Virus record (IMG/VR): IMGVR_UViG_3300012642_000011
Location: 64,001-128,000 of that record
DNA from: a virus
Strand: one strand, 5' to 3'
Length of the DNA: 64,000 bases
The notes beneath the pieces were generated by a model, which was not told the DNA's origin, did not search any database, and saw only the letters and a program-made list of their open reading frames with translations. This document shows, piece by piece, positions 50,057 through 59,597 of the stretch. Every line of letters starts with the position of its first letter. Positions within the stretch are counted from its first letter, which is position 1. Position numbers and translations under genes: made by a program.

Positions 50057-51631
50057 ATGGATACTGAATTATATGATCATGACGCTACAGGAGCATATGG
50101 AAGGTTCTTGAAAGACCCTTTCCTTGGTTATGATACACTGGAAAAAGCAATTGAAGATTGCAAAGCGACTTCTCAGGCAGAGGTAGTTGCGCGTATTCTT
50201 AACGGGGAGAATGTTTTCGTCTCTGGTCCTGCTGGTTCTGGTAAGTCTACTGTTGTTGCCTTGGTGAACAGTATTCTTGAGGATAAGTTCAAGAATCATT
50301 TCATTGTCGCTATTACAGCATCTACAGGTCTTGCTGCTTCTAACATTGGAGGAAAGACGATTCATTCATGGAGTGGTCTTGGCATCTATGACGGGCAGTT
50401 GAGCCAAAGAGGAAAGATGGACAATGAGGCATTGGGCATTTATAGGGCTGAGTCGAATCTCAAATATGCTGATCTCCTTGTAGTAGATGAGGTATCCATG
50501 TTGCACGCTTACTATCTTGACAACGTTGATACTGCCTTGAAAAGAATCAGAAAGAATGATCGTCCTTTTGGCGGTGTTCAGGTAATCCTCATGGGTGATT
50601 TCATGCAGTTGCCCCCTATAAATCCTCCTTCCCATAAGAAAAAGGATGGATTGAATTATGGTTTTGCCATCACATCACGAGCATGGAAAGAAGCAGATAT
50701 CAAAATCTGCTATCTTGATAAGGTGCATCGTGCATCTGATCCTGATTTGAAGCACATGCTGTGGAAGATCTCTGTAGGAAAGCCCGATGAGAAAACTATG
50801 CAGATGATCGGTAAGGCGGAAGCCAGAGAAAGAGATCCCGACAAGGTATATTCTGTTCTTTTCACGACAAATAAGAACGTGGATGCTTACAACAAGGAAA
50901 AACTGGATGAGAATCCCAATGATTCTGTCTATCTTTACCCTGAAGTGTACGGTGCCAAGAAAGATTATGAAGAACTGATGAAACAGCATGCTGTTCCTCA
51001 TGAGTTGGAGATGAAAGAAGGCGCTGTTGTCATTGTCACAGCAAACAATAACGAGGTTGGAGTTTTCAATGGAACAGTGGCTAAGTTTGTTAGGTATAAC
51101 AAGTCATCAGATGAAGTTGTCCTTGCATTGAATGATGGTAGGATTGTCAACTTGCCTAAAGTCTCAAGGGATAAAGAGGTCAAGAGAACAAAGTCTGGGG
51201 CACATGTTGCCGAAGAGACGCTGTTGGATGAAGTGGTCTTCAAAGATGTTGTCGCAGCAGTATCTTACTTCCCTATTAAATTGGGATATGCGATCACTGT
51301 TCACAAATCACAGGGACAGACTTTTGATGCTGTTGAAGTTGATTTGTCCAAGTGCTTCATTCCTGGTTTAGGATATGTTGCTTTGTCCCGTGTGCGCAAC
51401 GCTAATGACTTGATTATTTCAGGGTTTAGCCAGAAAGCACTGGAAGTTGACACTGATTCTTTGAAGTACAGTAGATACGTCAAAAAGAAGGCTCTTGAGA
51501 ATAGGGCGATATTCATTGAGAACATTGAACACTATAGGGAAGTTCTCACTAGCCCAGAAAAACTTGAAACTCTATGGAAGATTGAAGATTCAGGAATTTC
51601 AAGATCACTCAAAGACTTGAATAAAAAGTAA
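50057..51631 (+). CDS. Pif1/RecD/Dda-like SF1B DNA helicase
   Basis: Walker A VSGPAGSGKSTVVA; Walker B LLVVDEVSMLH; motif V/VI VHKSQGQTFDAVEV, YVALSRVRNANDL; the ORF opens at 50009 overlapping the previous gene, and ATG 50057 was chosen as start. Confidence 0.7.
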   Translation: MDTELYDHDATGAYGRFLKDPFLGYDTLEKAIEDCKATSQAEVVARILNGENVFVSGPAGSGKSTVVALVNSILEDKFKNHFIVAITASTGLAASNIGGKTIHSWSGLGIYDGQLSQRGKMDNEALGIYRAESNLKYADLLVVDEVSMLHAYYLDNVDTALKRIRKNDRPFGGVQVILMGDFMQLPPINPPSHKKKDGLNYGFAITSRAWKEADIKICYLDKVHRASDPDLKHMLWKISVGKPDEKTMQMIGKAEARERDPDKVYSVLFTTNKNVDAYNKEKLDENPNDSVYLYPEVYGAKKDYEELMKQHAVPHELEMKEGAVVIVTANNNEVGVFNGTVAKFVRYNKSSDEVVLALNDGRIVNLPKVSRDKEVKRTKSGAHVAEETLLDEVVFKDVVAAVSYFPIKLGYAITVHKSQGQTFDAVEVDLSKCFIPGLGYVALSRVRNANDLIISGFSQKALEVDTDSLKYSRYVKKKALENRAIFIENIEHYREVLTSPEKLETLWKIEDSGISRSLKDLNKK

Positions 51632-51648
51632 GGGAGAACATATTAATC

Positions 51649-52791
51649 ATGGATAATAATTATGAATTCAATGAGGATGACACACGTCCGATACATACAG
51701 GTTCCTCTGTAGACAGTACACAGGTTGAAACCACTACTGAGCCAGAGCCAGTAGAAGACAATCAAACACCATGGGGAAAGATCATTGCAGGAGCATTGAT
51801 TGCTCTGGGTCTTCTTGCACTTCTTGCTTGGTTCCTCTTCCAAGGAATGAACAAGGGCGACAGGATTGTTCCTACCGCATCCAACGAGTTGCTTAAAGAC
51901 GCTCAGACTACTTGTGAGCCATTTGAGCAGAATGATTTGAAATGTTCTGTTGATCTTGTCTTTGATGACGAAGTTTCAAGGGATTCATTGATCTCTCAAT
52001 CTGTTGCTCCCAATGAAAAAGTTCCCGCTGGAACAAAGATCGATCTTGCTTATTCTCGTGGGCCTGAAACATCTAAGTTCCCTGACATCACTGGGATGAC
52101 TGTTGAGGAAGCACAGAAGACACTCTACTCTATTGGTGTTGACATTGAAACTGTCAACATTGTAGATGACCCAGAAGTTGAAAGAGATCACATTGTTTCT
52201 GCTTCAACTGAAACTGGTGCTACAGTGAAGAATGGCGACACTGTGACTGTAAATGTTTCCAGTGGATCTGTAGAATTGCCTAATTGGGTAGGCAAGCAAG
52301 CAGATGAGGCTACTCAGGAAGCACAGGATCTTGGGCTTGACGTGAAAATCACAGAAGAAGAGTCAGACAAGGAAGAAGGAACTGTGATTGCACAGACACC
52401 TCAGCCAGGTGAAGTTGATTCTTCCTCTACTGTTGAACTCACTATTGCTGTCCCCTTTGAGGCTAAGTCAGCAAACGTTCCTAACGTGATCGGAATGTCT
52501 CCTGATGCTGCCAACGCTGCATTGGCTTCTGCTGGCTTCAGGAACATCTCTGTGATCGAGCAATCCAGTGAGAAGGTTTCTGAACCATCTGTGACTCAGA
52601 TCATTCCTGGTGTTAACGATAGCGTCAAGACAGACACTTCCATTGTGATCGTTGTGTCTTACCCAACCGAGGAAGCGCCTTCAAGCGCCCCTCAGGAGAC
52701 GGAAAACGCTAGAGGTACTGATAGTGCATCTACTGCCCCATCATCCTCTCCTGAGGCCATAGAGGGCGCTGAGGCATCACCTACATCATGA
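51649..52791 (+). CDS. membrane-anchored protein with three extracellular PASTA domains (no kinase or PBP catalytic domain)
   Basis: acidic cytoplasmic N-terminus, TM (IIAGALIALGLLALLAWFLF), PASTA-like repeats (PDITGMTVEEAQKTLYSIGV..., LPNWVGKQADEATQEAQDLGL..., VPNVIGMSPDAANAALASAGF...). Confidence 0.6.
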   Translation: MDNNYEFNEDDTRPIHTGSSVDSTQVETTTEPEPVEDNQTPWGKIIAGALIALGLLALLAWFLFQGMNKGDRIVPTASNELLKDAQTTCEPFEQNDLKCSVDLVFDDEVSRDSLISQSVAPNEKVPAGTKIDLAYSRGPETSKFPDITGMTVEEAQKTLYSIGVDIETVNIVDDPEVERDHIVSASTETGATVKNGDTVTVNVSSGSVELPNWVGKQADEATQEAQDLGLDVKITEEESDKEEGTVIAQTPQPGEVDSSSTVELTIAVPFEAKSANVPNVIGMSPDAANAALASAGFRNISVIEQSSEKVSEPSVTQIIPGVNDSVKTDTSIVIVVSYPTEEAPSSAPQETENARGTDSASTAPSSSPEAIEGAEASPTS

Positions 52792-52807
52792 TATGATCCC
52801 CTTATAG

Positions 52808-52848
52808 AACAGGGTGGGTAGAAATTTCTACCCACCCTGTTTCTGTCT
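52808..52848 (+). terminator. intrinsic terminator
   Basis: 17-bp stem AACAGGGTGGGTAGAAA/TTTCTACCCACCCTGTT followed by TCTGTCTG. Confidence 0.75.
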
Positions 52849-52870
52849 GAACTTGCAATAGAGCATTCAT

Positions 52871-53530
52871 GTGTGTTATCCTTTCAGCATGAACAACGAG
52901 ACTAACACGACCAACGCCCTTTCTGACGACAATGCTCCTTTTGGGATCAATCGTATTCCTCTGATCACTTTCGAGGATCATACTGAGAACCTTGAGTTGC
53001 GTAACGTCAAGGATGAGTATCGCGCCATGTTCAATGATGAGATCTCTGCCGACATCGATACCAAGCGTGTGCCTATGGTTTCCGTCTGCATGAACCTGAC
53101 CAGCGATTTCAACAAGGCATCTATTATTCGTGCAAACAATGCTTTTGCAGGCAGTGATGTAATTATTGCAGGTAAGAAGAAGTTTGATCGTCGTGGTACT
53201 GTAGGGTCTCATCATTATGAGCATCTTCGTCACCATAATGATGTCAATGTGATCATTGATGCTCTCAAGGAGGATGGTTACACGCTTTTTGCTGTTGACA
53301 ATACTCCTGAGTTTAACCCTGAGGTTATCTATGATTTCAAGTTCCCTGAGAAGAGCGCCTTCTTCTATGGAGAAGAGCAGAAAGGGCTTGACACTGACGT
53401 AGTGGCACAGTGTGATCATTGTGTCTACATCCCTCAGTTTGGATCTGTGCGCTCCATCAATGTGGCACAGGCTGCTTCTGTTGTCATGAGTGAGTACTCT
53501 CGACAGATGAGGTTCGCTGATAACTCCTGA
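52871..53530 (+). CDS. SpoU/TrmH-family RNA 2'-O-methyltransferase (SPOUT)
   Basis: SPOUT motifs SIIRANNAFAGSDVIIAG, AFFYGEEQKGLD, VYIPQFGSVRSINVAQAASVVMSEY; start uncertain (52871 or 52889). Confidence 0.75.
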   Translation: MCYPFSMNNETNTTNALSDDNAPFGINRIPLITFEDHTENLELRNVKDEYRAMFNDEISADIDTKRVPMVSVCMNLTSDFNKASIIRANNAFAGSDVIIAGKKKFDRRGTVGSHHYEHLRHHNDVNVIIDALKEDGYTLFAVDNTPEFNPEVIYDFKFPEKSAFFYGEEQKGLDTDVVAQCDHCVYIPQFGSVRSINVAQAASVVMSEYSRQMRFADNS

Positions 53531-53538
53531 TTTAAACG

Positions 53539-53597
53539 CACAGCAATATGGTGTGCAGTGATAAGATCAATCACTGCACACCATTGCTGATTTTGTT
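53539..53597 (+). terminator. intrinsic terminator (20-bp stem)
   Basis: CAGCAATATGGTGTGCAGTGAT aagatca ATCACTGCACACCATTGCTG followed by ATTTTGTT. Confidence 0.75.
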
Positions 53598-53636
53598 AAG
53601 ATACTCTTATCAGAAGACATCGATAGGAGAGACTTA

Positions 53637-54908
53637 ATGAGTACTGCTTTAAAGATTGCGCACTTGTCAGACATTCACAATGGGTACAGGACAGATACTC
53701 GAAGACATGAAAGTGGAGTTAACTTAAGAGAACATGACGGTGATGTTGCTCTCTCTGCTATGGTTACAGACATCATTGACAATGAGGTTGATATCGTACT
53801 GATTGCAGGTGATCTCTTTCATAGCCCATTCCCTACCCCACGAAATATCTTCTTTGTACAGAATCAGTTGAGAAGATTCTATGATGCAGGTATCAAAGTC
53901 TACACACTTGCAGGAAACCATGATACTAACGATATCGCTTCTGACATTGCTGCATCTAAATTAATTGATGATCCATTGCGCGGAATCTATTCTTATGCAA
54001 CACCTTATGAGCGTATTGAGGTTGCTGATGGAATCCATCTTCATATGATCTCTCATCACATGTATAGTCAGCAGTCGGAGACAATGAAGGACGTGAAAAC
54101 CGTTGACGGAGAAGTGAATATTCTCTCTACTCATGGCTCTGTCATTGATCCTATCCTCCACATGCGCTTGAGTGCCAATGAATCTCCTCGTGAAGTTGTC
54201 ATCCCTGATCCCATCATCAAGGACCAGAACTGGTCTTACACGCTTTTGGGACATATCCATGAAAGAGGATGGGTTGGCTCTATGAACGGCAAAGAAGATA
54301 CTGCTGAAACAAGAATCTACTATAATGGGTCTTTGATCAGAAGAGGATTCAGCGATGCTGAGACGCCTTTAGGAAGAGGATGGACATTGTGGACAGTGGA
54401 TTCTGATGGAAATTTCTCCCATGAGATGAAACAGATTGCACAAAGACCACAGTATGATTTCCCCATTATCAACGCTCTTGACCTGACACCTAAAGAGATC
54501 ACAGAGAAGATGATCTCCAATCTTCAGTCTACTCAGATTGATGGTACAACCTTCAATCCTGAAATTGCACCAATTCTTAGACAGAAGATCCAAAACATCA
54601 CGCCTGCTAAGAAGGCAGCATTGGATTTCAAGTCGATTGACACAGAGAAACAGCACGCTTTCAGTTACAAGTATGAGATTGAAAAATTGATCACAGAGAA
54701 GAATTCTGACAAGTCTGATAATGGCAAGAAAACTGATCACTTGGAAAACATTCGAGGCAAAGACATCCTTGAAGGCTATGACCTCTGGAAAGATAATTCC
54801 GTCCAGTTGTCTCAGGTATCTGAAGTTAACAGAGATGCTGTAGCAAAGGCGTCAAGAGCGTTCATCAAAATGGGACATGACGAGGTGCTTAATAGTGAAG
54901 GAAACTGA
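53637..54908 (+). CDS. sbcD: SbcD/Mre11-family DNA repair nuclease (calcineurin-like phosphoesterase)
   Basis: phosphoesterase motifs HLSDIH, GDLFH, LAGNHD, GHIHE; TAGGAGAG RBS; no adjacent SbcC/Rad50-like gene. Confidence 0.75.
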   Translation: MSTALKIAHLSDIHNGYRTDTRRHESGVNLREHDGDVALSAMVTDIIDNEVDIVLIAGDLFHSPFPTPRNIFFVQNQLRRFYDAGIKVYTLAGNHDTNDIASDIAASKLIDDPLRGIYSYATPYERIEVADGIHLHMISHHMYSQQSETMKDVKTVDGEVNILSTHGSVIDPILHMRLSANESPREVVIPDPIIKDQNWSYTLLGHIHERGWVGSMNGKEDTAETRIYYNGSLIRRGFSDAETPLGRGWTLWTVDSDGNFSHEMKQIAQRPQYDFPIINALDLTPKEITEKMISNLQSTQIDGTTFNPEIAPILRQKIQNITPAKKAALDFKSIDTEKQHAFSYKYEIEKLITEKNSDKSDNGKKTDHLENIRGKDILEGYDLWKDNSVQLSQVSEVNRDAVAKASRAFIKMGHDEVLNSEGN

Positions 54909-54912
54909 TAAC

Positions 54913-55824
54913 ATGGATAATGAGAACAATTCCACTCTTAACGGCTCTAAATCTTCGGAAGAATTGATTCAAGAGAGTAACAATCTTTCAGATGATACTG
55001 AGATCACAGAGGAGGACAAGGGCCATAAGTTCCTTAATAGAAGATCTCTTCTGATGGGGGCTGTCACTGTGGGGGCTATGGCAGTAAGTTATCCCTTGAT
55101 GAACTATGCTCTTGATGAGTATGATAATAAGAAAGCCAAGGATCAATTGAATGGCATCAAATCTCTCAGGGGTGAAGTATTCGCTATGAACACAGAGAAG
55201 GTGGTGTTCGAGGGTCAACGGGCAGAAGTAGCGTCATCTGATCAGAAAGCATTGGCTACTCCCGGTGGTAGTCATGAGAATTCTGCTGTCTGGTCTTTCT
55301 CCAACAAAAAGGAGAATGAAAATAGAAAAATTGTAGACCTCTTCCTTGACTTTAACTCCCCATCGTCTCGTGATATGTTATTGATTAATGCTGGAATGCT
55401 TCATGGCATGGTTTCCAATGCAACCATCGATTTAAATGTGCATCCATTGCCGTCAGGTGAGATCCTTTCCATGTATTCTTATACTGCTCTGTGTGAGACA
55501 TTCGTCACATCACCTTCTTTGGGTTGGGACGCGATGTTGGAGATGGCGAAGGTGAATGCCGAAAAGAAAGATGAGAGAACAAGGGAAGAATTCGCCAATC
55601 TGGTTGTGAAAAAACTCACAGATCTGGGAGTTGAAAAAATTTATAACGATTTGATATACTTAGGGGAGTTCACAAGCTGGATCATTGCATCTGGCAATAA
55701 CGACATGGTTAAAAATGCGGCAACTTCGGCCCCAATTTTGTATGTCAATGGAACAATGATCAACCTAAATAATATCAACGCCAATAACACGGAAGAAGTA
55801 CGAAAGTCTATCATAGAGCAGTGA
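54913..55824 (+). CDS. DsbA-like thioredoxin-fold protein with CxxC replaced by SPSS, preceded by a Tat-like RR motif
   Basis: NRRSLLMGAVTVGAMAV (Tat-like); FLDFNSPSSRDML aligns to the DsbA-family FFDYxCPxC active site but lacks both cysteines; start set at ATG 54913 with GAAGGAAA RBS (ORF opens at 54877). Confidence 0.4.
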   Translation: MDNENNSTLNGSKSSEELIQESNNLSDDTEITEEDKGHKFLNRRSLLMGAVTVGAMAVSYPLMNYALDEYDNKKAKDQLNGIKSLRGEVFAMNTEKVVFEGQRAEVASSDQKALATPGGSHENSAVWSFSNKKENENRKIVDLFLDFNSPSSRDMLLINAGMLHGMVSNATIDLNVHPLPSGEILSMYSYTALCETFVTSPSLGWDAMLEMAKVNAEKKDERTREEFANLVVKKLTDLGVEKIYNDLIYLGEFTSWIIASGNNDMVKNAATSAPILYVNGTMINLNNINANNTEEVRKSIIEQ

Positions 55825-55865
55825 ACAGTTGTGTTTCTTTTGTATTGGTGCAATATGGAGGAAAC

Positions 55866-57134
55866 ATGAAAACCAAAAATAAAAAGATGCTTTCAACACT
55901 TGTTCTTTTGCCTATGGCATATGGACTTGTTGCTCCAAGCGCTGCTTTTGCACAAGAAGTTCCGTCATCAGCACAGTATCAAGAAAACATTGACAATGTG
56001 ACTATTGACTTGGAGAAAACAATGGAGAAGAAGACCGTTGTGTCTTCAGAGTCTGTTCCATTCCAGACAAGAGTCATTATGGACACCTCTCTTCCTGAAG
56101 GGACAGAGATTGTAGAACAAGAAGGAACAGAAGGCATTAAAGAGCAGTATCTCTCCACTTCACCTACCATCAAATCCGATGGATCACCTTCTACAATCAA
56201 AGTTAATCACGAGAAAGTGACAACTCTCCCTAAAGATAGGGTCATCAGAAAAGGTGCTGCTGACAATGTGGTAAAGAGCGTTGATTCTGACGTTATTGCG
56301 CTTGAAACTCAAAAGAAGATCGATGCTAGAAAGGCTGCTGAAGCAGAGAAGAAGCGTGAGGAAGAAGTCAGAAAGGCAGAGATCGCTAAGAAAGAGGCTG
56401 AAATAAAAGCAGCGAAGGAAAAGAGAGAGAAGGAGAAAGCCGCTAAGAAGGCAGAAGCACAAAGAAAGGTTGAGGAACAGTTGGCAAAGGAAGCCGCTGA
56501 AGCCAAGGCCAAGGAAGAGCAGGAGCGCAAAGAAGAACAGAAGAGTGCCGAATCCGCTCCTGTTGAATCTGCAGATCCAACACCTTCAGTATCTGCAACA
56601 CCTACACCAACACCTACACCAACTCCTACACCAACTCCTTCCAAGACTTCGGCCCCTAAGCCTGCTGCCGTAGAGAGAACATCTGAGTCTTCAACAACAC
56701 AAAAAACCGCAGCACCTAAGAAGACAGTGAAGCCTACACCTAAGGCGTCTAAGAAAAGCGTCTCCAAACCAAAGGCAACATATTCTGCTCCTGTGGCATC
56801 AGGAAATGCTATGAGTCCTTCACAGGCTAAAGCATATGCGAAAAAGTACATCCTCGATACATATGGCTGGGGAGAAAGAGACTATCAAGCATTGGTAAAG
56901 TTGTGGAATAGGGAATCAGGCTGGAACTACAAGGCTGCTAACCCTGCTTCTTCTGCAAGGGGAATTCCACAGGCTATGGTGACTATTCATTTTGGCGGAT
57001 ATAACACTCCTGCTGCTAGAGAGTACATGAATTCTGTTCCTGTTCAGGTTGCATGGGGAACAAAATACATCAAGGGAAGGTACGGATCTCCATCTGCTGC
57101 CCTTGCTCACAGCGATGCTGTAGGATGGTACTGA
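55866..57134 (+). CDS. secreted peptidoglycan hydrolase-like protein: signal peptide + G5-like domain + K/E/A coiled coil + PT linker + SceD/IsaA-type transglycosylase-like domain
   Basis: GGAGG RBS before ATG 55866; signal peptide ...LVAPSAAFAQ; (PT)n linker; C-terminal WNRESGWNYKAANPASSARGIPQAM matches the RESGGNY..NP.S.A.G.YQF motif of staphylococcal SceD/IsaA-like transglycosylases. Confidence 0.55.
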   Translation: MKTKNKKMLSTLVLLPMAYGLVAPSAAFAQEVPSSAQYQENIDNVTIDLEKTMEKKTVVSSESVPFQTRVIMDTSLPEGTEIVEQEGTEGIKEQYLSTSPTIKSDGSPSTIKVNHEKVTTLPKDRVIRKGAADNVVKSVDSDVIALETQKKIDARKAAEAEKKREEEVRKAEIAKKEAEIKAAKEKREKEKAAKKAEAQRKVEEQLAKEAAEAKAKEEQERKEEQKSAESAPVESADPTPSVSATPTPTPTPTPTPTPSKTSAPKPAAVERTSESSTTQKTAAPKKTVKPTPKASKKSVSKPKATYSAPVASGNAMSPSQAKAYAKKYILDTYGWGERDYQALVKLWNRESGWNYKAANPASSARGIPQAMVTIHFGGYNTPAAREYMNSVPVQVAWGTKYIKGRYGSPSAALAHSDAVGWY

Positions 57135-57246
57135 TACCGATTGTGTCCTTTGGGAACATCAATCATCATAAAATAAAGTTTACCCCCTGTTGAACTCTTC
57201 TTTTTTCGATATGATTATAAAGGAAGTTCAGACAGGGGGTAACCTT

Positions 57247-57612
57247 ATGATTTTCAAAGTACTGGATGCGTCATACTTTGATGAAGAAGAAATCATGTCT
57301 TCCGAAGTTAAAAAGAGTGACCTAGAAGACATGGAAGTTATCGAATCTGGATTGTCATCAGGAGAGATCAGACAATCCATTCTTGATAGATGTAAGGCAG
57401 AAATGAGAGAAACTCTATCCACATCGCTAATTAATATTTCATTGGAAAAATTTGATTTCTCAATCACACCTGAAAAACTTGAAGACGAAAATGAAGTCAA
57501 TGGAATCTCTGAAGACATTGAAACGCTTCTCTATGAATTAGAAGATGAAGAGATCCTCAATACTTCATGGGTATTCACCCATGAAATCATCACTGTAACA
57601 GAAGATGAGTGA
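57247..57612 (+). CDS. acidic hypothetical protein
   Basis: AGGGGGT RBS before ATG 57247 (ORF opens at 57190). Confidence 0.4.
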   Translation: MIFKVLDASYFDEEEIMSSEVKKSDLEDMEVIESGLSSGEIRQSILDRCKAEMRETLSTSLINISLEKFDFSITPEKLEDENEVNGISEDIETLLYELEDEEILNTSWVFTHEIITVTEDE

Positions 57613-57613
57613 A

Positions 57614-57757
57614 ATGAGCAAAAAGCAATTAATTATCCTGATCATCGTAGCAATCATTGTCATCATTGTTGCAAATATTCTTATGACAGTCAACAATAAA
57701 CCACAGATTATGGCACCTGGCCAAGACACAGCCCCCATTGTCTATGATGTGTCATAA
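57614..57757 (+). CDS. small single-TM protein (47 aa), not in ORF track; holin-like candidate
   Basis: ATG 57614 two nt after the upstream stop; MSKKQLIILIIVAIIVIIVANILMTVNNKPQIMAPGQDTAPIVYDVS. Confidence 0.3.
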   Translation: MSKKQLIILIIVAIIVIIVANILMTVNNKPQIMAPGQDTAPIVYDVS

Positions 57758-57786
57758 ATGATACATGTGCCAGAGAAGGAGAGTAA

Positions 57787-59559
57787 ATGATTCACGTTCT
57801 TGAAGACCTGCCATGGGGGTTCAAACACCCTGAGATACAATACTGGAAGAATGAAAAAGTCCATGTCTACAAAGGCACCTTCCTGCCTGATGAACTTCAC
57901 CCTTTCGCCAGCAAAGACTTTTCTTATGCCAGATGGAAAGAAGATGAACTCAACGGTGTAGTACAGACACCTGAGAAGTCTGCCAATAGATTTTCCTTAA
58001 GAGAGCACCAAGCAGAAGGTGTAAAATACATAGTACAGCATTATATTCAAGGATCTTCTGACTTCTTGCTTGCAGATAAGACAGGTATTGGAAAGACTCT
58101 TACAGGTCTTGCATCCATAGCGCTTTGCGCGAAACAAGCCGGATTCTCTACTTCAATGAAGGCAAAGGTTCTCATTGTGTGCCCGAAAACCGCCAGAGCA
58201 CAATGGAGAAACACTATACAGTCTTATCCTCTTGCGACAGGGTTCTGTAGGTTTATGATCATCAATTATCAACAGTTGAACAAACTCCTTGAAGCACCTC
58301 CTAAAGCGAGAGTAGCGAAGAAAAGATCAACAAAAAACAGGCAGACAGCCAGAGAGGGAAAACCCCTCATCAATTGGGATTTCGTCATCTTTGATGAATC
58401 TCAGTATTTGAAGAACTACGGAAAGTCCGCCGTCTCCATGAGTGCTGCCAATGTTGCGCAATTGAATAATACCTACATCAAAGGTAAAACCCCTTATGTG
58501 TTATTTTCCACAGCAACACCGGGGTCAACACCCTTGCATATGGCTGTCCTTAGTCGCATGCTTGCGCCACTGATCACAGACAACGGGAAAGCAACTCCGA
58601 ATACATGGGGAAAATTCCTCAAGGAAAATGGGTTCAATGTTGAACTTGGGAAGTCAGGATGGGTATGGAAAGAGCCATTCTCCATGAATAAAAACTCTTC
58701 TGATGCATCCAAGAGAGCACAGTATGAGTATGACAAGATGAAAAATGATCAAGCAAAGAGAAGGGACACAAGAAGAATTGGATTAGCACTGAAGAAAAAG
58801 AATTCTCCCTTCTTGATGAGGTCACCTAAAGACATTGAAGGATGGCCTGATCAAGTTCCTGTCAAAGTTCCCATTGAAATGAATGCTACACAAATCTCTG
58901 TTTACAAGAAGGAATGGTCTGAATTCAGACGTTTCCTTCTCCTTCCTGCAGCAAAGAAAAACCCCCAAACTGCACTTGTAAAACGTAAGAGGTATCGACA
59001 AAAATCATCTCTGCTCAAAGTTGACAGCATGGTTGATTTCGTCATGGACAGATTAGACGTAGGCGAACAAGTATACATTTCCTGTGAATTCATGGATACT
59101 ATTGACCGCTATAGAGAATTATTGGAGAAGAACAACGTAACAGTGGCAGAAATTACAGGAAGATACACAGGTTCAGAAAGAGAGAACCAAAGATTGATGT
59201 TCCAAAAAGGCAAAGCCAAAGTTGTTCTATGCTCCATTGTAGAGGCTATCTCATTGCATGCAGGTGAATCCCTCAGTGATGGCACGAAAGCCACAGATAA
59301 CATCAGAGCGACAATTATTCATGACATCAGAGAAGACCCCAACAAAGCCGTACAGTCTTTCGGTAGAGCACATAGAGAAGGACAAAACTCAATCTGCTAC
59401 TTCCCCTACCTTGACAAAACTGTAGATGTGAAAATCCTTGACAGTTTCATCGATAAGGATGGAAACATGAAGGCTATGACAGGGGAAGAAGAGAATACTA
59501 TTGAAAGAGTATTCAAGGAAGCATCAGCAAGGACAACACCACCAAAAGAATACAGTTGA
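57787..59559 (+). CDS. SNF2-family SF2 helicase/ATPase
   Basis: motif I LLADKTGIGKTLTG; motif II DESQYLKN (SNF2 DEAHxxKN type); motif VI QSFGRAHREGQ; GAAGGAGAG RBS. Confidence 0.75.
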   Translation: MIHVLEDLPWGFKHPEIQYWKNEKVHVYKGTFLPDELHPFASKDFSYARWKEDELNGVVQTPEKSANRFSLREHQAEGVKYIVQHYIQGSSDFLLADKTGIGKTLTGLASIALCAKQAGFSTSMKAKVLIVCPKTARAQWRNTIQSYPLATGFCRFMIINYQQLNKLLEAPPKARVAKKRSTKNRQTAREGKPLINWDFVIFDESQYLKNYGKSAVSMSAANVAQLNNTYIKGKTPYVLFSTATPGSTPLHMAVLSRMLAPLITDNGKATPNTWGKFLKENGFNVELGKSGWVWKEPFSMNKNSSDASKRAQYEYDKMKNDQAKRRDTRRIGLALKKKNSPFLMRSPKDIEGWPDQVPVKVPIEMNATQISVYKKEWSEFRRFLLLPAAKKNPQTALVKRKRYRQKSSLLKVDSMVDFVMDRLDVGEQVYISCEFMDTIDRYRELLEKNNVTVAEITGRYTGSERENQRLMFQKGKAKVVLCSIVEAISLHAGESLSDGTKATDNIRATIIHDIREDPNKAVQSFGRAHREGQNSICYFPYLDKTVDVKILDSFIDKDGNMKAMTGEEENTIERVFKEASARTTPPKEYS

Positions 59560-59597
59560 TATATATTCATATAGAAGACAAAATTAAGGAGAACAAA

